The notes beneath the pieces are model-generated. The model did not search any database and had not been told where the DNA came from. It saw only the letters and a list, made by a program, of their open reading frames with translations. Position numbers and translations under genes: made by a program. This document shows, piece after piece, positions 7,829 to 18,946 of a DNA stretch of 64,000 nt. The number at the start of each line of letters is the position of its first letter. Position 1 is the first letter of the stretch. The stretch comes from Candidatus Poribacteria bacterium (GTDB lineage: Bacteria; Poribacteria; WGA-4E; PCPOR2b): positions 4,896,001-4,960,000 of the forward strand of contig OZ244587.1 of assembly GCA_965218095.1 (NCBI GenBank). Direction: 5' to 3'.

Positions 7829-10783
7829 ATGCCGACGTATACAGAAGAAAATTTTGAAGATCACATCGAAGCGCAGTTGAACCGGGCGGGCTATCGGTCG
7901 CGACAACCCGCTATCTATAATAAAGACCTCTGCTTGATACCCAATGAGACACTGCAATTTATTCGGGATACGCAACTGGAGGAGTATCAGAAACTGGAAC
8001 GCCAGTACGAGGAAAAGACGCCAGTTAACCTCATCAACCGTGTGAGCAAAGAGATTGAACGTCGCGGGGTGTTGGACGTACTGCGGAAAGGGGTTAGAGA
8101 CAGGGGGTGTTACTTTGACCTGACCTACTTTCAACCGTCAAGTGGCATGAACCCCGACCATCAAAGGCTCTACGCGCAGAACCGATTCTCTCTGATTCGG
8201 CAGCTAAAGTATTCACAGAAAGGCGGAGAATCGCTTGATATGGCGTTGTTCCTCAACGGTTTACTGTTAATAACAATGGAACTGAAGAACAGCCTCACCG
8301 GTCAGGTAGTGACAGATGCGGAGAAACAGTACCGGACCGAACGGGATCCGAGAGAGCCGTTGTTCCAATTCAAGCGGTGTCTGGTTCACTTTGCGGTGGG
8401 GAACGAAAAGATTTCGATGACGACCCACTTGCGGGGAGACCAGACGCGATTCTTTCCGTTTAACAAGGGGGTCGAAAACCCGGTGAATCCGGACGGTCAC
8501 AAGGTCGCCTACCTGTGGGAAGACATCCTACAACCCGGTAACCTGATGGAGTTAATCAACAGCTTTATCCATGAGCAGGAGGTTACAGAAAAGGTTTACG
8601 ACCCCGGACGCGACGCGGTGAAAGATGTGAAGCGCCGCGTGCTCGTTTTCCCTCGATACCATCAGCTTGACGTGATCCGTCAGTTGAAGAAGGCTATCGT
8701 TGCGGAGGGGGTTGGGCGCAACTACCTGATCCAACACGCCACAGGGAGCGGCAAGTCAAACTCCATCGCATGGTTGGCGCACCTGCTCACGCATCTGTAC
8801 CGTTCTCCAACTGATACAAAGCGCATCTTCGACTCCGTTATCGTCGTAACCGATCGGCGCGTGCTTGACAAGCAACTTCAGGAGACGATCAAACAGTCGG
8901 AACAGGTCGAAGGCGTGGTTCACTCCGTCGATAAAACCTCGGCGCAACTCAGAGGGTTCCTCGAATCTGGCAAAGACATCATCATCTCAACGATTCAGAA
9001 ATTCAGTATGATTGCCGAGACAATCGGGGCACTCAAAAGCAGGACCTTCGCCGTGATTATCGATGAAGCCCACTCCTCGCAGAGCGGCGAGTCCGCAAAG
9101 AACCTCAAAGTGTCGCTCTCGAAAGGGATTCCGGCAGAGATAGAAGATGATGACGACCTCGAAGTATCGGATATGGACGCCCGGATCATTGAGGAGATGG
9201 AACGGCGCGGGGCGCAGGATCATATCTCCTATTTCGGTTTCAGCGGCACACCGAAGAACAAAACTTTGGAACTGTTCGGACGGAAGGACGCGGACGGGAA
9301 ATTTGTCCCGTTCCACGTTTATTCGATGCGCCAGAGTATCAGCGAAGGCTTCACACTCGACGTGTTGCAGAACTACACCACCTTTAAGCGATACTTTCAA
9401 CTGGTCAAAAGTGTGCCGGAGGATAAAGCGTATGAGAAGGGACGGACGCTGCGGATGCTGACGAATTACGTTGACCTACAGCCCCACAGCATTGAGACCA
9501 AGACACGGATTATCCTAGAACACTTCACCGCACGGACCGCAAAGACAATTGAAGGGAAGGGAAGGGCGATGTTGATTACGCCGTCCCGGTTGCACTGCGT
9601 CAGATATAAGTTAGAATTCGATAGGCAGATGCGGGAGATGGATCTCCCCTACGGCTGTCTGGTGGCGTTCAGCGGCACGGTGCACGACACCGATAACGGA
9701 CGGGACTACACGGAAGACGGGATGAATGAGTTACCGTCGCGCGTGTCAATTGCAGACAGTTTCAAGAGTCCTGAGTATCGGATTCTGATTGTGTCTAATA
9801 AGTTCCAGACCGGTTTCGATGAGCCGCTCCTACAGACGATGTACGTCGATAAGCGGCTCGACGGGCTGCAATGTGTCCAGAGCTTAAGCCGCCTGAACCG
9901 AGTCGCTACCGGTAAGACGGAGACGCTAGTGCTTGATTTTGTGAATGAACCCGACCAGATACAAGCGGCGTTTCAGCAATACTATGAAACAACGATGCTT
10001 GAGGAAGAGACCGACCCGAATCGGTTGTATGATCTACAGGGTCAATTGGAGGATTTTAACCTCTACGATGCGGATACGGTCAACCAATTCTGTGTTGTCT
10101 TTTATGACCCGGATCGGCCTGACGAATTTCTACAGGGCATTTTGGATCGGGTCGTTGAGAAGTGGTCAGACCTTGAAACGAATGAGAGGGAAGAATTTCG
10201 TTCTACCTTGCAGAGTTATATTCGCCTCTACGGCTACATCTCACAGTTGATTACCTTCACCGACGCAGCGTTGGAAAAGCTGTACGTTTTCGGTCGCAGT
10301 CTCAACAAGAAGCTGCCGAAACGGGACCACCCTGACCTGCGTGATGTGCTGGCATCTGTCGACTTGGATTCGTTTCGTGTGGAGAAAATCCACGAAGGTC
10401 AGAAACTGCAACTCGAAGCGGGAGATAGCGAAGTCGAAGGGATTGGCAGTGGTGTTCGCGCAGCTAGAGATTCGGTGGAGGATTTACTCTCCAAAATCAT
10501 TCAGACTTTGAACGAGGCCTTTCAGACAGACTTCACAGCGGAAGATAAGGTTGACATTGAAACCATTTACCGAAAAGTTCGTGAGCACGAAGAACTTCGG
10601 CAGGTGATTGAAGGGGATAATTCGGAGAGCAATAAATGGTATAAGTTTGATCGGGTGGTTAATGACATTTTATACGATTTCGTCGATAGTAAGTTGGAAC
10701 TCTTCACGAAATTATCACAACGGGAGGTCAATGCGGATCTTAAGCGTCAACTCTATGAAGCCTATCGTGAGCAACAGCGATAA
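7829..10783 (+). CDS. hsdR: Type I R-M restriction subunit R
   Basis: D...ELK nuclease motif, HATGSGKS Walker A, DEAH box, TGFDEP, QSLSRLNR helicase motifs. Confidence 0.95.
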   Translation: MPTYTEENFEDHIEAQLNRAGYRSRQPAIYNKDLCLIPNETLQFIRDTQLEEYQKLERQYEEKTPVNLINRVSKEIERRGVLDVLRKGVRDRGCYFDLTYFQPSSGMNPDHQRLYAQNRFSLIRQLKYSQKGGESLDMALFLNGLLLITMELKNSLTGQVVTDAEKQYRTERDPREPLFQFKRCLVHFAVGNEKISMTTHLRGDQTRFFPFNKGVENPVNPDGHKVAYLWEDILQPGNLMELINSFIHEQEVTEKVYDPGRDAVKDVKRRVLVFPRYHQLDVIRQLKKAIVAEGVGRNYLIQHATGSGKSNSIAWLAHLLTHLYRSPTDTKRIFDSVIVVTDRRVLDKQLQETIKQSEQVEGVVHSVDKTSAQLRGFLESGKDIIISTIQKFSMIAETIGALKSRTFAVIIDEAHSSQSGESAKNLKVSLSKGIPAEIEDDDDLEVSDMDARIIEEMERRGAQDHISYFGFSGTPKNKTLELFGRKDADGKFVPFHVYSMRQSISEGFTLDVLQNYTTFKRYFQLVKSVPEDKAYEKGRTLRMLTNYVDLQPHSIETKTRIILEHFTARTAKTIEGKGRAMLITPSRLHCVRYKLEFDRQMREMDLPYGCLVAFSGTVHDTDNGRDYTEDGMNELPSRVSIADSFKSPEYRILIVSNKFQTGFDEPLLQTMYVDKRLDGLQCVQSLSRLNRVATGKTETLVLDFVNEPDQIQAAFQQYYETTMLEEETDPNRLYDLQGQLEDFNLYDADTVNQFCVVFYDPDRPDEFLQGILDRVVEKWSDLETNEREEFRSTLQSYIRLYGYISQLITFTDAALEKLYVFGRSLNKKLPKRDHPDLRDVLASVDLDSFRVEKIHEGQKLQLEAGDSEVEGIGSGVRAARDSVEDLLSKIIQTLNEAFQTDFTAEDKVDIETIYRKVREHEELRQVIEGDNSESNKWYKFDRVVNDILYDFVDSKLELFTKLSQREVNADLKRQLYEAYREQQR

Positions 10784-10819
10784 TTGTGCGACGACAGGGA
10801 TTTTTGGAAGGAGTTTTAG

Positions 10820-13156
10820 ATGTTTGAACAGTTAATGAAATACCCAATCGACATCTTCCGCAGGGGCGATTTTTATTTCGGCATTCGCCTGCCAGGACTC
10901 ATTCTGTTCCTCATCTTCGTCGCCCTGATTGCCGTGTCGATTTGGGCGTATCGAACGGCCCGGGGGCGTACGCATCGGGGGTTCCGCGGATTTCTGATCT
11001 TCCTCCGAGCCGTCGCGCTCTGTGGACTTGCGTTCTGTCTGCTCAAGCCTTTTGTCGCAATCTACCAAACAAGCCCGGACGATTCCTACCTCTTGCTACT
11101 GTTGGACGAATCCAAGAGTATGCAGGTGACCGATTCCGTCAATCAGGAATCCCGTCTGAGCAGGGTGAACCACCTGCTCTTTGACCCGGAGGGTGGGATA
11201 CTGAATTTGCTCAATGAGAGATTCAAGACACGGTTGTTCTCCTTTGCTGCCAGTCCAAAACGGATGGCTCCCGTTGCGCTAACTCAGGCGAACGGCGAAA
11301 CCACCAATATCCCCGTTGCGCTGAATGAGGCATTAGACAATTTGCAGGGCGTGCCCCTATCGGGCGTGGTTATTTTCTCTGACGGTGCGGATAGGAGCGG
11401 CGAAGATATCACCAAACTCGCCTTTCGGATGCGGGAACGCAAGATGCCTGTTCATACGGTTGGCGTCGGTTCAGCGGAAGGAATCGACGATATTGAAATC
11501 GTGAAAATTGATGTCCCTCGCACGGCGGAAGAGGATTTTCCTGTTGAAATTTGGGTAACTGTCAGTTGGAAGGGTTATGACCAACGCGCTGTCACGCTGA
11601 GACTGAAGGATAAAAACCGTGTCGTCAAAATGCTGACTGTAAATCTTGATAAAGATCAGCCAACCCGTCGTGTGCCAATCAAATTTATCCCGCGCAATCC
11701 GGGAACTCAAAAGTATGTGGTTGAAATTTCACCCGAAACTGACGAAGCCATTCCGCAAAACAATACCAAAAAATTCCTGCTAAAGGTTGCTCCGAGCAAG
11801 CGGGTCAAGATTTTATACGTTGATGGTCGACCACGTCCGGAACTTAAATTCATCAGGCGTGCCTTTGAGAACGATCCGAATATCCGATTGACAGTTCGAT
11901 ACTTCATTGATGATACGAATATCGGAGGAACGAAAAGTGTCACTGAACATGAATTTGACCTCTATCCGAACTCAAAAGAAGTGCTCTTTGATTATGATGC
12001 AATCATCTTTGGCAACATCGCGGCGTCAGCCTTTACGAAGCAACAGCTTGAAAACACAGCGGAATTTGTACGGACGCGCGGCGGCGGATTTCTGATGCTT
12101 GGCGGGTCAAGTTCGTTAAGCAATCACAATACAGAGGATTCCTACATCAATACGCCGATTGCACAGATTCTTCCGGTCGAACTTGAGTTGGGGACGCCAC
12201 CGGTCCCGCCCCCGGCGAGACACCGGTTTGCAATCCCTCCACTACGAGATCGGAAGCCCCCGGAACTAGGATATGCATTACAGTTGACCGCTGAAGGGAA
12301 AACGGATCCGTTGATGGCTTTAGCGGACCAGCCACGCGCGAACGTGATGCGTTGGGGCAAACTGCGAACCTTAATTGGCTATAGCCGGGTGCAGCGAGCG
12401 AAAGCCGGCGCGACAGTCCTCGCTGTGCATCCCACAGACCGCAATGAATTCGGCAATCGCATTCTCATCGCAACCCACAACTACAATGCAGGTCGTGTCA
12501 TGGTCTTCACGCCTTCCAGTTCGTGGCGCTGGCAGATGCTAATGCCGCATGAGGATGAAAGCCATGAACGCTTCTGGCGTCAGGTGGCCAAATGGTTGAC
12601 AACAATTCCAAAAGATCAACTCAAACTCGATATTGCAAAAACTTCATATGCTCTAAAAGAGCCTGTGGTTATCGAGGCAGCCGCTTATAATCACCAATTT
12701 GAATTGACCAATCAAGCAAAAGTGCGTGTAATCATCATAGATGGGAATGGAAAAAAAAGAGAGCTTCATCTTGAACAGGTACTTGGAAAGGATGGATTAT
12801 ACGCGACCCGATTTATCCCCCCTCGGCGCGGCGAGTATCGGGTGGATCTGATTGGCAGCTTAGGCAGTAAAAGTTTAGGTGGACAGCACGGACTCTTTGA
12901 GGTCGCGGAGTCCCACGCTGAGTTCACGAATGCGGAACTTAACACACAATTGCTGCAAACCCTTGCCAAGACCAGTGGCGGCGAATACTATACCCTCGAC
13001 GATGCGTCAGAGATGGTGAACCACATCCCCTTAGTTGAAAGTGCAACATCGCGCCTTGTCGAGGAGGATGTTTGGGACATGCCGCTCATTTTCGGAAGCG
13101 TCACCCTGCTTTTCGGGTTAGAATGGTTCCTACGTAAACGGCGCGGTTTGGCTTAA
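10820..13156 (+). CDS. Membrane-anchored vWA / Ig-like / glutamine amidotransferase-like protein
   Basis: Two N-terminal TM segments, DESKSM MIDAS-like motif, SDGAD, GGGFLMLGG, and the C-terminal EWFLRKRRGLA tail. Confidence 0.8.
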   Translation: MFEQLMKYPIDIFRRGDFYFGIRLPGLILFLIFVALIAVSIWAYRTARGRTHRGFRGFLIFLRAVALCGLAFCLLKPFVAIYQTSPDDSYLLLLLDESKSMQVTDSVNQESRLSRVNHLLFDPEGGILNLLNERFKTRLFSFAASPKRMAPVALTQANGETTNIPVALNEALDNLQGVPLSGVVIFSDGADRSGEDITKLAFRMRERKMPVHTVGVGSAEGIDDIEIVKIDVPRTAEEDFPVEIWVTVSWKGYDQRAVTLRLKDKNRVVKMLTVNLDKDQPTRRVPIKFIPRNPGTQKYVVEISPETDEAIPQNNTKKFLLKVAPSKRVKILYVDGRPRPELKFIRRAFENDPNIRLTVRYFIDDTNIGGTKSVTEHEFDLYPNSKEVLFDYDAIIFGNIAASAFTKQQLENTAEFVRTRGGGFLMLGGSSSLSNHNTEDSYINTPIAQILPVELELGTPPVPPPARHRFAIPPLRDRKPPELGYALQLTAEGKTDPLMALADQPRANVMRWGKLRTLIGYSRVQRAKAGATVLAVHPTDRNEFGNRILIATHNYNAGRVMVFTPSSSWRWQMLMPHEDESHERFWRQVAKWLTTIPKDQLKLDIAKTSYALKEPVVIEAAAYNHQFELTNQAKVRVIIIDGNGKKRELHLEQVLGKDGLYATRFIPPRRGEYRVDLIGSLGSKSLGGQHGLFEVAESHAEFTNAELNTQLLQTLAKTSGGEYYTLDDASEMVNHIPLVESATSRLVEEDVWDMPLIFGSVTLLFGLEWFLRKRRGLA

Positions 13157-13303
13157 AAGGAAAGAGCTTTCCCTTTTCGGCGACGCGCTCATAAATTGAC
13201 ATACTCTCAAACCCTCCCTGTAACCTCCGTCAAGTGCTTCATCCCGATCCTATCAGGGGGTTGGCTGGAAGCTTGTCTGTAAATTTGATAAAGGAGTCAT
13301 AAA

Positions 13304-14500
13304 TTGAATCAGAATCTACCTGATGCAACAGGGCATTTCGGAGAATTCGGCGGTAGATATGCCCCGGAGACGTTAATGTCCCCGCTATTAGAACTTGAAG
13401 ACGCCTATCTGTCCTTAAAGGACGATTCCGATTTTCAAGAGGAATTTCAGTACTACCTCCGCGAATATGTGGGGCGTCCCAACCCGATGTATTACGCCGA
13501 GCGTTTAAGCGAAGAACTCGGTGGCGCCAAGATCTATCTCAAGCGGGAAGACCTCAATCACACGGGGGCGCACAAAATCAACAATACCATCGGACAGATC
13601 TTGCTCGCCCGACGGATGGGCAAAAAGCGGATTATCGCCGAAACGGGCGCCGGACAACACGGCGTCGCGACGGCAACGGTGACAGCAAAATTCAACATGG
13701 AATGCAAAGTCTATATGGGCGAAGAAGACATGGAACGTCAAGCCCTGAACGTCTTTCGCATGCGATTGCTGGGCACAACGGTGACGCCGGTGAACTCTGG
13801 TTCGTGTACCCTCAAGGACGCAATCAACGCCGCTTTCCGCGATTGGGTGACGAATGTTCGGACGACATATTATTTGATTGGATCTGTCGTTGGGCCGCAC
13901 CCGTATCCGATGATCGTTCGAGATTTTCAAGCCGTCATTGGTCGGGAAGCCAGAGCACAGATTCTTGAGAAAACGGGGCGGTTGCCAGATTGCGTGGTTG
14001 CCTGCGTCGGCGGCGGCAGCAATTCGATCGGCATGTTTTACCCTTTTTACGCGGATAGCGCTGTGAAGCTAATCGGCGTCGAAGCGGCAGGCGAAAGTAT
14101 ACTCAGTGGCAAACATGCGGCGACGATTAGCGCCGGCAGCGTTGGCGTGTTTCATGGGGCAAAGTGCTATCTGCTACAGGAAGATGATGGGCAGATCACG
14201 CCTGCACACTCGATTTCGGCGGGTTTGGATTACCCCGGTGTTGGTCCCGAACATAGTTTTTACAAGGCAACGGGTCGCGCCGAATATGTATCCGTTACCG
14301 ACGAGGAATCCGTTGAAGGGTTTAAGCTGCTATCGGAATCGGAAGGAATCATCCCCGCACTTGAGGTCGCTCACGCAATCGCTTACGTCCGCAAACTCGC
14401 TCCGACACTGGATCACGATGAAATCATAGTTGTCTGTCTCTCTGGGCGTGGAGATAAAGACGTGTATACAATTGCCAAAGTACTCGGCGTCGAATCGTAG
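13304..14500 (+). CDS. trpB: Tryptophan synthase beta subunit
   Basis: [18 protein letters not shown] lysine, [23 protein letters not shown]. Confidence 0.98.
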   Translation: MNQNLPDATGHFGEFGGRYAPETLMSPLLELEDAYLSLKDDSDFQEEFQYYLREYVGRPNPMYYAERLSEELGGAKIYLKREDLNHTGAHKINNTIGQILLARRMGKKRIIAETGAGQHGVATATVTAKFNMECKVYMGEEDMERQALNVFRMRLLGTTVTPVNSGSCTLKDAINAAFRDWVTNVRTTYYLIGSVVGPHPYPMIVRDFQAVIGREARAQILEKTGRLPDCVVACVGGGSNSIGMFYPFYADSAVKLIGVEAAGESILSGKHAATISAGSVGVFHGAKCYLLQEDDGQITPAHSISAGLDYPGVGPEHSFYKATGRAEYVSVTDEESVEGFKLLSESEGIIPALEVAHAIAYVRKLAPTLDHDEIIVVCLSGRGDKDVYTIAKVLGVES

Positions 14501-14501
14501 C

Positions 14502-15128
14502 ATGAAGGAAACCGAAGAACAAAGATACAGGAAATCCGGAAGTTCATTGGTTCATTCACGTATTATGCAAGACCCATGGCAAGCCCGACATAGGAAGAAC
14601 AAACAATTCGAGAGGCTTAAAGAATGGATTCTCCCCAAACTCAAGTACATACTGACACGGTGGGTTCTCCTTCCTAAGCTGAGGTCAGAGTCAGCAGAGG
14701 TACGATCCTATGTCGCCCAGGTGTTGGAGGAAATGGGAGATGTACAAGCCGTGCAGCCACTTATCGAAACCTTGCAAGATACAGACAGCACTGTCCGTCG
14801 TTTTGCAATCTCCTCGCTTGGGAAGTTGCGCGATGGGCGTGCTGTTGAGTCGTTGATTCCTTTTCTGAACGATGAGGAACCGGATATGCGCTGTGCTGCT
14901 GCTGTCGCACTAGGTGACTTGAGGGATGCCCGTGGCGTTGAACCGTTGATTGAAGCTTTGTACGACCCAGATCGGTCAGTCTGTTCAGCGACGATCATTG
15001 CCCTCGGTAAAATTGGTGGCCAGCAAGCCATTGAACCACTCAGCAAGTTGGCGAGGACGACTTCCAGTGAGTGGGTGCGTCGCTACGTGAGTGAGACGTT
15101 ACATCAGATCGACGAACATGAAACGTGA
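14502..15128 (+). CDS. HEAT (PBS-lyase-like) repeat protein between trpB and trpA; start uncertain
   Basis: Repeated AV.PLI..L.D.D..VR..A..ALG units. Confidence 0.8.
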   Translation: MKETEEQRYRKSGSSLVHSRIMQDPWQARHRKNKQFERLKEWILPKLKYILTRWVLLPKLRSESAEVRSYVAQVLEEMGDVQAVQPLIETLQDTDSTVRRFAISSLGKLRDGRAVESLIPFLNDEEPDMRCAAAVALGDLRDARGVEPLIEALYDPDRSVCSATIIALGKIGGQQAIEPLSKLARTTSSEWVRRYVSETLHQIDEHET

Positions 15129-15299
15129 TGTGGAAAAGGACTCTTCGATTCTCGGAGCATAGCCTACCCCCGCGAAGCAAATTTACGACTGAAACAGAAT
15201 TGATCATTCCAAACGGCTTAATAGATCTGCAAATGACGCAATACACAATTGGCTATCCGATTTCAGACCGAAAGAATAACATAGAGAAGAGGTGTTATA

Positions 15300-16106
15300 T
15301 TGAATCGAATTGAAGCAAAATTTAAGGAATTACGGGCGAAGGGAGAAAGTGCGTTTATGCCATACGCCTGCGCAGGCGATCCGACTCCAGAGATGACCCG
15401 CAAGCTTATCTTGACATTTGAAGAAGTGGGGGCCGACCTGATTGAACTTGGTGTGCCATTTTCTGATCCCATCGCGGATGGCCCGACCATTCAGAGGGCA
15501 AGTGAACGAGCGTTGGCACATAGAATTTCACTGCGACAGATTCTTGATATGGTTGATGGCCTCCGGCAGGAAACAGATATTCCGATCGCGTTGATGACTT
15601 ACTACAATCCAATCTTTCGGATGGGAGTCGCTGAATTTTGTGCCGCGGCATCCGAGGTAGGCGTGGATGGGGTAATCATTCCAGATCTGCCGCCGGAGGA
15701 AGCGGGTACACTGTTAGAAATCGCTCCAGCCCACAACCTCGCCACAATCTTCCTCGTTGCCCCTACAAGTCCATCCGAACGAATGCGTCTCATTTCATCC
15801 ATCGGCACCGGTTTTATCTACTGTGTTTCGGTGACAGGTGTCACGGGAGCGCGGGATTCGCTCTCAGGAGAGATCCGCCCGATGATTACTCAATTGCGGA
15901 ATCACACCGAAATGCCGATTTGCGTCGGCTTTGGGATTTCGACAAAAGCGCAAGCACATAGTGTAGCGCAAATAGCGGACGGGGTCATCGTTGCGAGTGC
16001 CATCATCAACGAGATTGAAAAGCATCTGAGCGATGATGAAAAGATCTTGTCGAGCGTGAGGGAATTTGCGGGAGAATTGGCGAGGGGAGTGAAGGGAGAA
16101 ATTTGA
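15300..16106 (+). CDS. trpA: Tryptophan synthase alpha subunit
   Basis: ELGVPFSDPIADGPTIQ, YYNP, GVTG, VGFGIS motifs. Confidence 0.98.
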   Translation: MNRIEAKFKELRAKGESAFMPYACAGDPTPEMTRKLILTFEEVGADLIELGVPFSDPIADGPTIQRASERALAHRISLRQILDMVDGLRQETDIPIALMTYYNPIFRMGVAEFCAAASEVGVDGVIIPDLPPEEAGTLLEIAPAHNLATIFLVAPTSPSERMRLISSIGTGFIYCVSVTGVTGARDSLSGEIRPMITQLRNHTEMPICVGFGISTKAQAHSVAQIADGVIVASAIINEIEKHLSDDEKILSSVREFAGELARGVKGEI

Positions 16107-16112
16107 CAAAAA

Positions 16113-16146
16113 AACCTTCCGAAAGTTCCAAACCTTCGGAAGGTTA
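16113..16146. terminator. Inverted repeat after trpA
   Basis: AACCTTCCGAAAGTT...AACCTTCGGAAGGTT preceded by an A-run. Confidence 0.5.
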
Positions 16147-16639
16147 AGGGCATCTCAAGAAAACAGAATTCGGAGACATCGTAAAACTAGACCCGATAGG
16201 GACGGCAGCGAGATTGTAATGAGGCGAGATGGGGTTTCTCTTTCGGGTGGATATTGAAAGCAAATTCGTCACAAATATGTGACAGGTTATCAATAAAATT
16301 CGTCCAACTGTATTCTTTACCGGTCCGGACTTGCCCATCCGCAAGAAGTAGAGCCAGTTCGTAGAAATTCAGACGATTCTTTTGAGAGAATTTGTGTGTT
16401 GTCATAATTTATTTCCTTTCTGTTTAACCTTATTGAAGCCGCCCTTTGAAAGTACGGTATCAATATTTAGCTGATTTGATCTATAGGCGCCGTTCTAAGT
16501 TACAGTTTTAAGAGCATAGGGGTCTGAACTATGAATGTGTTTTGATCTCATGTCCCTACAGCTTTGGACAATAAGAAAGCTAGCAAAGAGGCAAAATCGT
16601 TTCTATAGAGTTAAGCAATAATAATGCCAAAATTTGTCG

Positions 16640-16668
16640 TTGACACCCCCTGGTGAATCTGGTATGCT
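16640..16668 (+). promoter_or_regulatory. Sigma70-type promoter about 420 nt upstream of gltX
   Basis: TTGACA-17 nt-TATGCT with an extended -10 TG. Confidence 0.55.
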
Positions 16669-17091
16669 TTAACGCCTTCCCGTTTCACAGCGCCGAAACA
16701 GAATCTCATTTCACGCACCTTACCCGATCTATCGGCGCGGTACATGAGATGAACATTTAATCAATTCTTGTTTATTCGGCAAGTTGGCAAAAATCGGGCA
16801 GATGCCTGTCCATCTCAGGCAGATTTTGTGCAGTATCGGGTTTTTCAACGCCGCTAATACGATGCCGTCAAGAACCATCATATTTGTAAGGATCCAAACG
16901 ATATTCAGTGATGGCTAACACTGATAAAGCCATATTTATGAAACGTCCAAATTTCCGTCAGGTTACTGGAAATTGCTCGCAGATAATATCTGTACGAGGG
17001 GCATGATGTGTCAAATCTATGTTTCACAATGGCAACAGTATGTCTCAAAAATCGCACAATAAACTTGTAACATGAAGGAGTAAATACCACA

Positions 17092-18564
17092 ATGGGAATG
17101 AATCAGCCAGTTAGAGTTCGCTTTGCCCCCTCTCCAACGGGATTTCTCCATATTGGAAGTGCACGCACGGCGTTATTTAATTGGCTTTTCGCAAGGCATC
17201 ATGGCGAAAAATTTATCCTCCGGATTGACGATACCGACGAAGCCAGATCCACTGAGGAATTGATGCGAGAGATCTACGATTCGATGGAATGGCTTGGACT
17301 GGATTGGAATGAGGGACCGGTTGTGGGTGGGCCGCACGCGCCTTATGTGCAGTCGGAGCGGAGCGATCTTTATCGGAAATATGTGCAGCAGTTGCTCGAC
17401 AGCGGGGGCGCATACCGTTGCTACTGTACCGCCGAGGAATTGGACCAGATGCGGGCACAAGCCCGGGCTGAAAAGCGCTCACTGGGATACACTGGAAAGT
17501 GCAGGCATTTGACGGAGGCAGATCGGCGGAAACTGGAGGCGGAGGGGCGTCAATCCACAGTCCGACTCAAAATCACGAGCGGTACAATCATTGTGCCCGA
17601 TTTGGTGCTTGATTCGGTGAAATTTGAAGCGGATATACTCGACGACTTTATTATTGTCAAATCCAACGGATCGCCGTTGTACAATTTTACATCCATCATT
17701 GATGACATTGAGATGGGAATTACCCATGTCATCCGTGGCGCGGATCACCTCGCCAATACGCCGAAGCAGATCTTGATTTGTCAGGCGCTTGGCTCGGAAC
17801 CACCGCAATTTGCGCATCTGCCGATGGTACTTGGCAGCAGCAAAGGGGAAAAGTTGAGCAAGCGTCATGGCGCAACCTCCGTCGGACAATATCGTGAGGA
17901 CGGATATCTCCCCGAAGCGTTGATCAATTTTCTCGTGCGGCTTGGTTGGTCTTACGATGACAAAGCGGAAATTTTTTCCGTTGACGAATTGATCGAGCGG
18001 TTTGATCTCGATCGTGTTGGAAAGAGCGGTAGTGTGTTTGACATCAAGAAACTGCAATGGCTGAATGGGCATTATGTGATGAAGTTAGAGCTCCCCACAC
18101 GTACCGATGCGGTCATCCCGTTCTTGCAGAAGGCTGGATTGCTGGAAGCCCATCCGTCGCCGGCGCGTCGGGCGTGGCTGGAAAAAATCGTTGAGGCAAT
18201 TGACGATCGACTGACGACGCTCGCAGATGTTATCACCTATAGCTACTTTTTCTCGGATGATTTCGACTATGATCCAAAGGCGGTCAAGAGGTGGTGGAAG
18301 GGCGATCCAGTCGGGATTTTGCAGGGGTTGCGTGAGATTTTGGCGGGGATTGATGGGTTTAAAGTGGAAGCGATCGAATCTGCAATCTGGGCGCACATCG
18401 AAGAGAAAGGCGTGAGTCGAATCAAAGCGATGCAGCCGTTACGGATTGCAGTGACCGGTGAATCGGGTGGGCCCGGTTTATTCGACATTATCGTTCTACT
18501 CGGCAGAGAAAGGGTTCTTGAAAGGTTAGACCGAGCAATCCGCTATATTCAGGAAACCTCATAA
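17092..18564 (+). CDS. gltX: Glutamate--tRNA ligase
   Basis: RFAPSPTGFLHIG (HIGH-type motif), KLSKR (KMSKS-type motif), LRIAVTG anticodon-binding domain. Confidence 0.98.
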   Translation: MGMNQPVRVRFAPSPTGFLHIGSARTALFNWLFARHHGEKFILRIDDTDEARSTEELMREIYDSMEWLGLDWNEGPVVGGPHAPYVQSERSDLYRKYVQQLLDSGGAYRCYCTAEELDQMRAQARAEKRSLGYTGKCRHLTEADRRKLEAEGRQSTVRLKITSGTIIVPDLVLDSVKFEADILDDFIIVKSNGSPLYNFTSIIDDIEMGITHVIRGADHLANTPKQILICQALGSEPPQFAHLPMVLGSSKGEKLSKRHGATSVGQYREDGYLPEALINFLVRLGWSYDDKAEIFSVDELIERFDLDRVGKSGSVFDIKKLQWLNGHYVMKLELPTRTDAVIPFLQKAGLLEAHPSPARRAWLEKIVEAIDDRLTTLADVITYSYFFSDDFDYDPKAVKRWWKGDPVGILQGLREILAGIDGFKVEAIESAIWAHIEEKGVSRIKAMQPLRIAVTGESGGPGLFDIIVLLGRERVLERLDRAIRYIQETS

Positions 18565-18946
18565 CACCACAATCTTCATCGTTGCATCCCCCACGGGATC
18601 CTTCTCACTATTTCTTCTTGACCCACCGCTGATACTCCTCCCACACATCTTCAGGGCTGACGAACGGTTTGAAGACCACACGGCCGCTAAAATTCTTGAA
18701 GTTTATCCTGGAACAAATAGGACTTACGCACTTCAGTAGGGAACACCCCGATAAGATCGGGGTGTTGTGTTGTGCGGCGATGAATCGCCGAACTACAAGT
18801 TGCTTTGAATCCCGATCTCCGCATCGGAGGCTTCGAGTGTTCAACTGCGTAAGTCCTAACAAAATACGAGGATACGGCAATAAGCAAGTTAATTCCACTG
18901 TTAAATCGGAGGCTGACACGAGCGAAAAAAGTAGAAAGGACACCCA

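Noticed and set aside
7823-7831. The hsdS TAG is in frame with the hsdR ATG (TAG ACC ATG), which could suggest an HsdS-HsdR read-through fusion.
   Set aside because: Both genes have normal termini and hsdR has its own RBS (GAGG). In-frame spacing has a one-in-three chance.
18565-18946. Overlapping short ORFs between gltX and the sulfatase, and similar ones at 34379-34606 and 36141-36428.
   Set aside because: No recognisable motifs. They cross REP or heptamer repeats or overlap real genes, so they are probably remnants or spurious.
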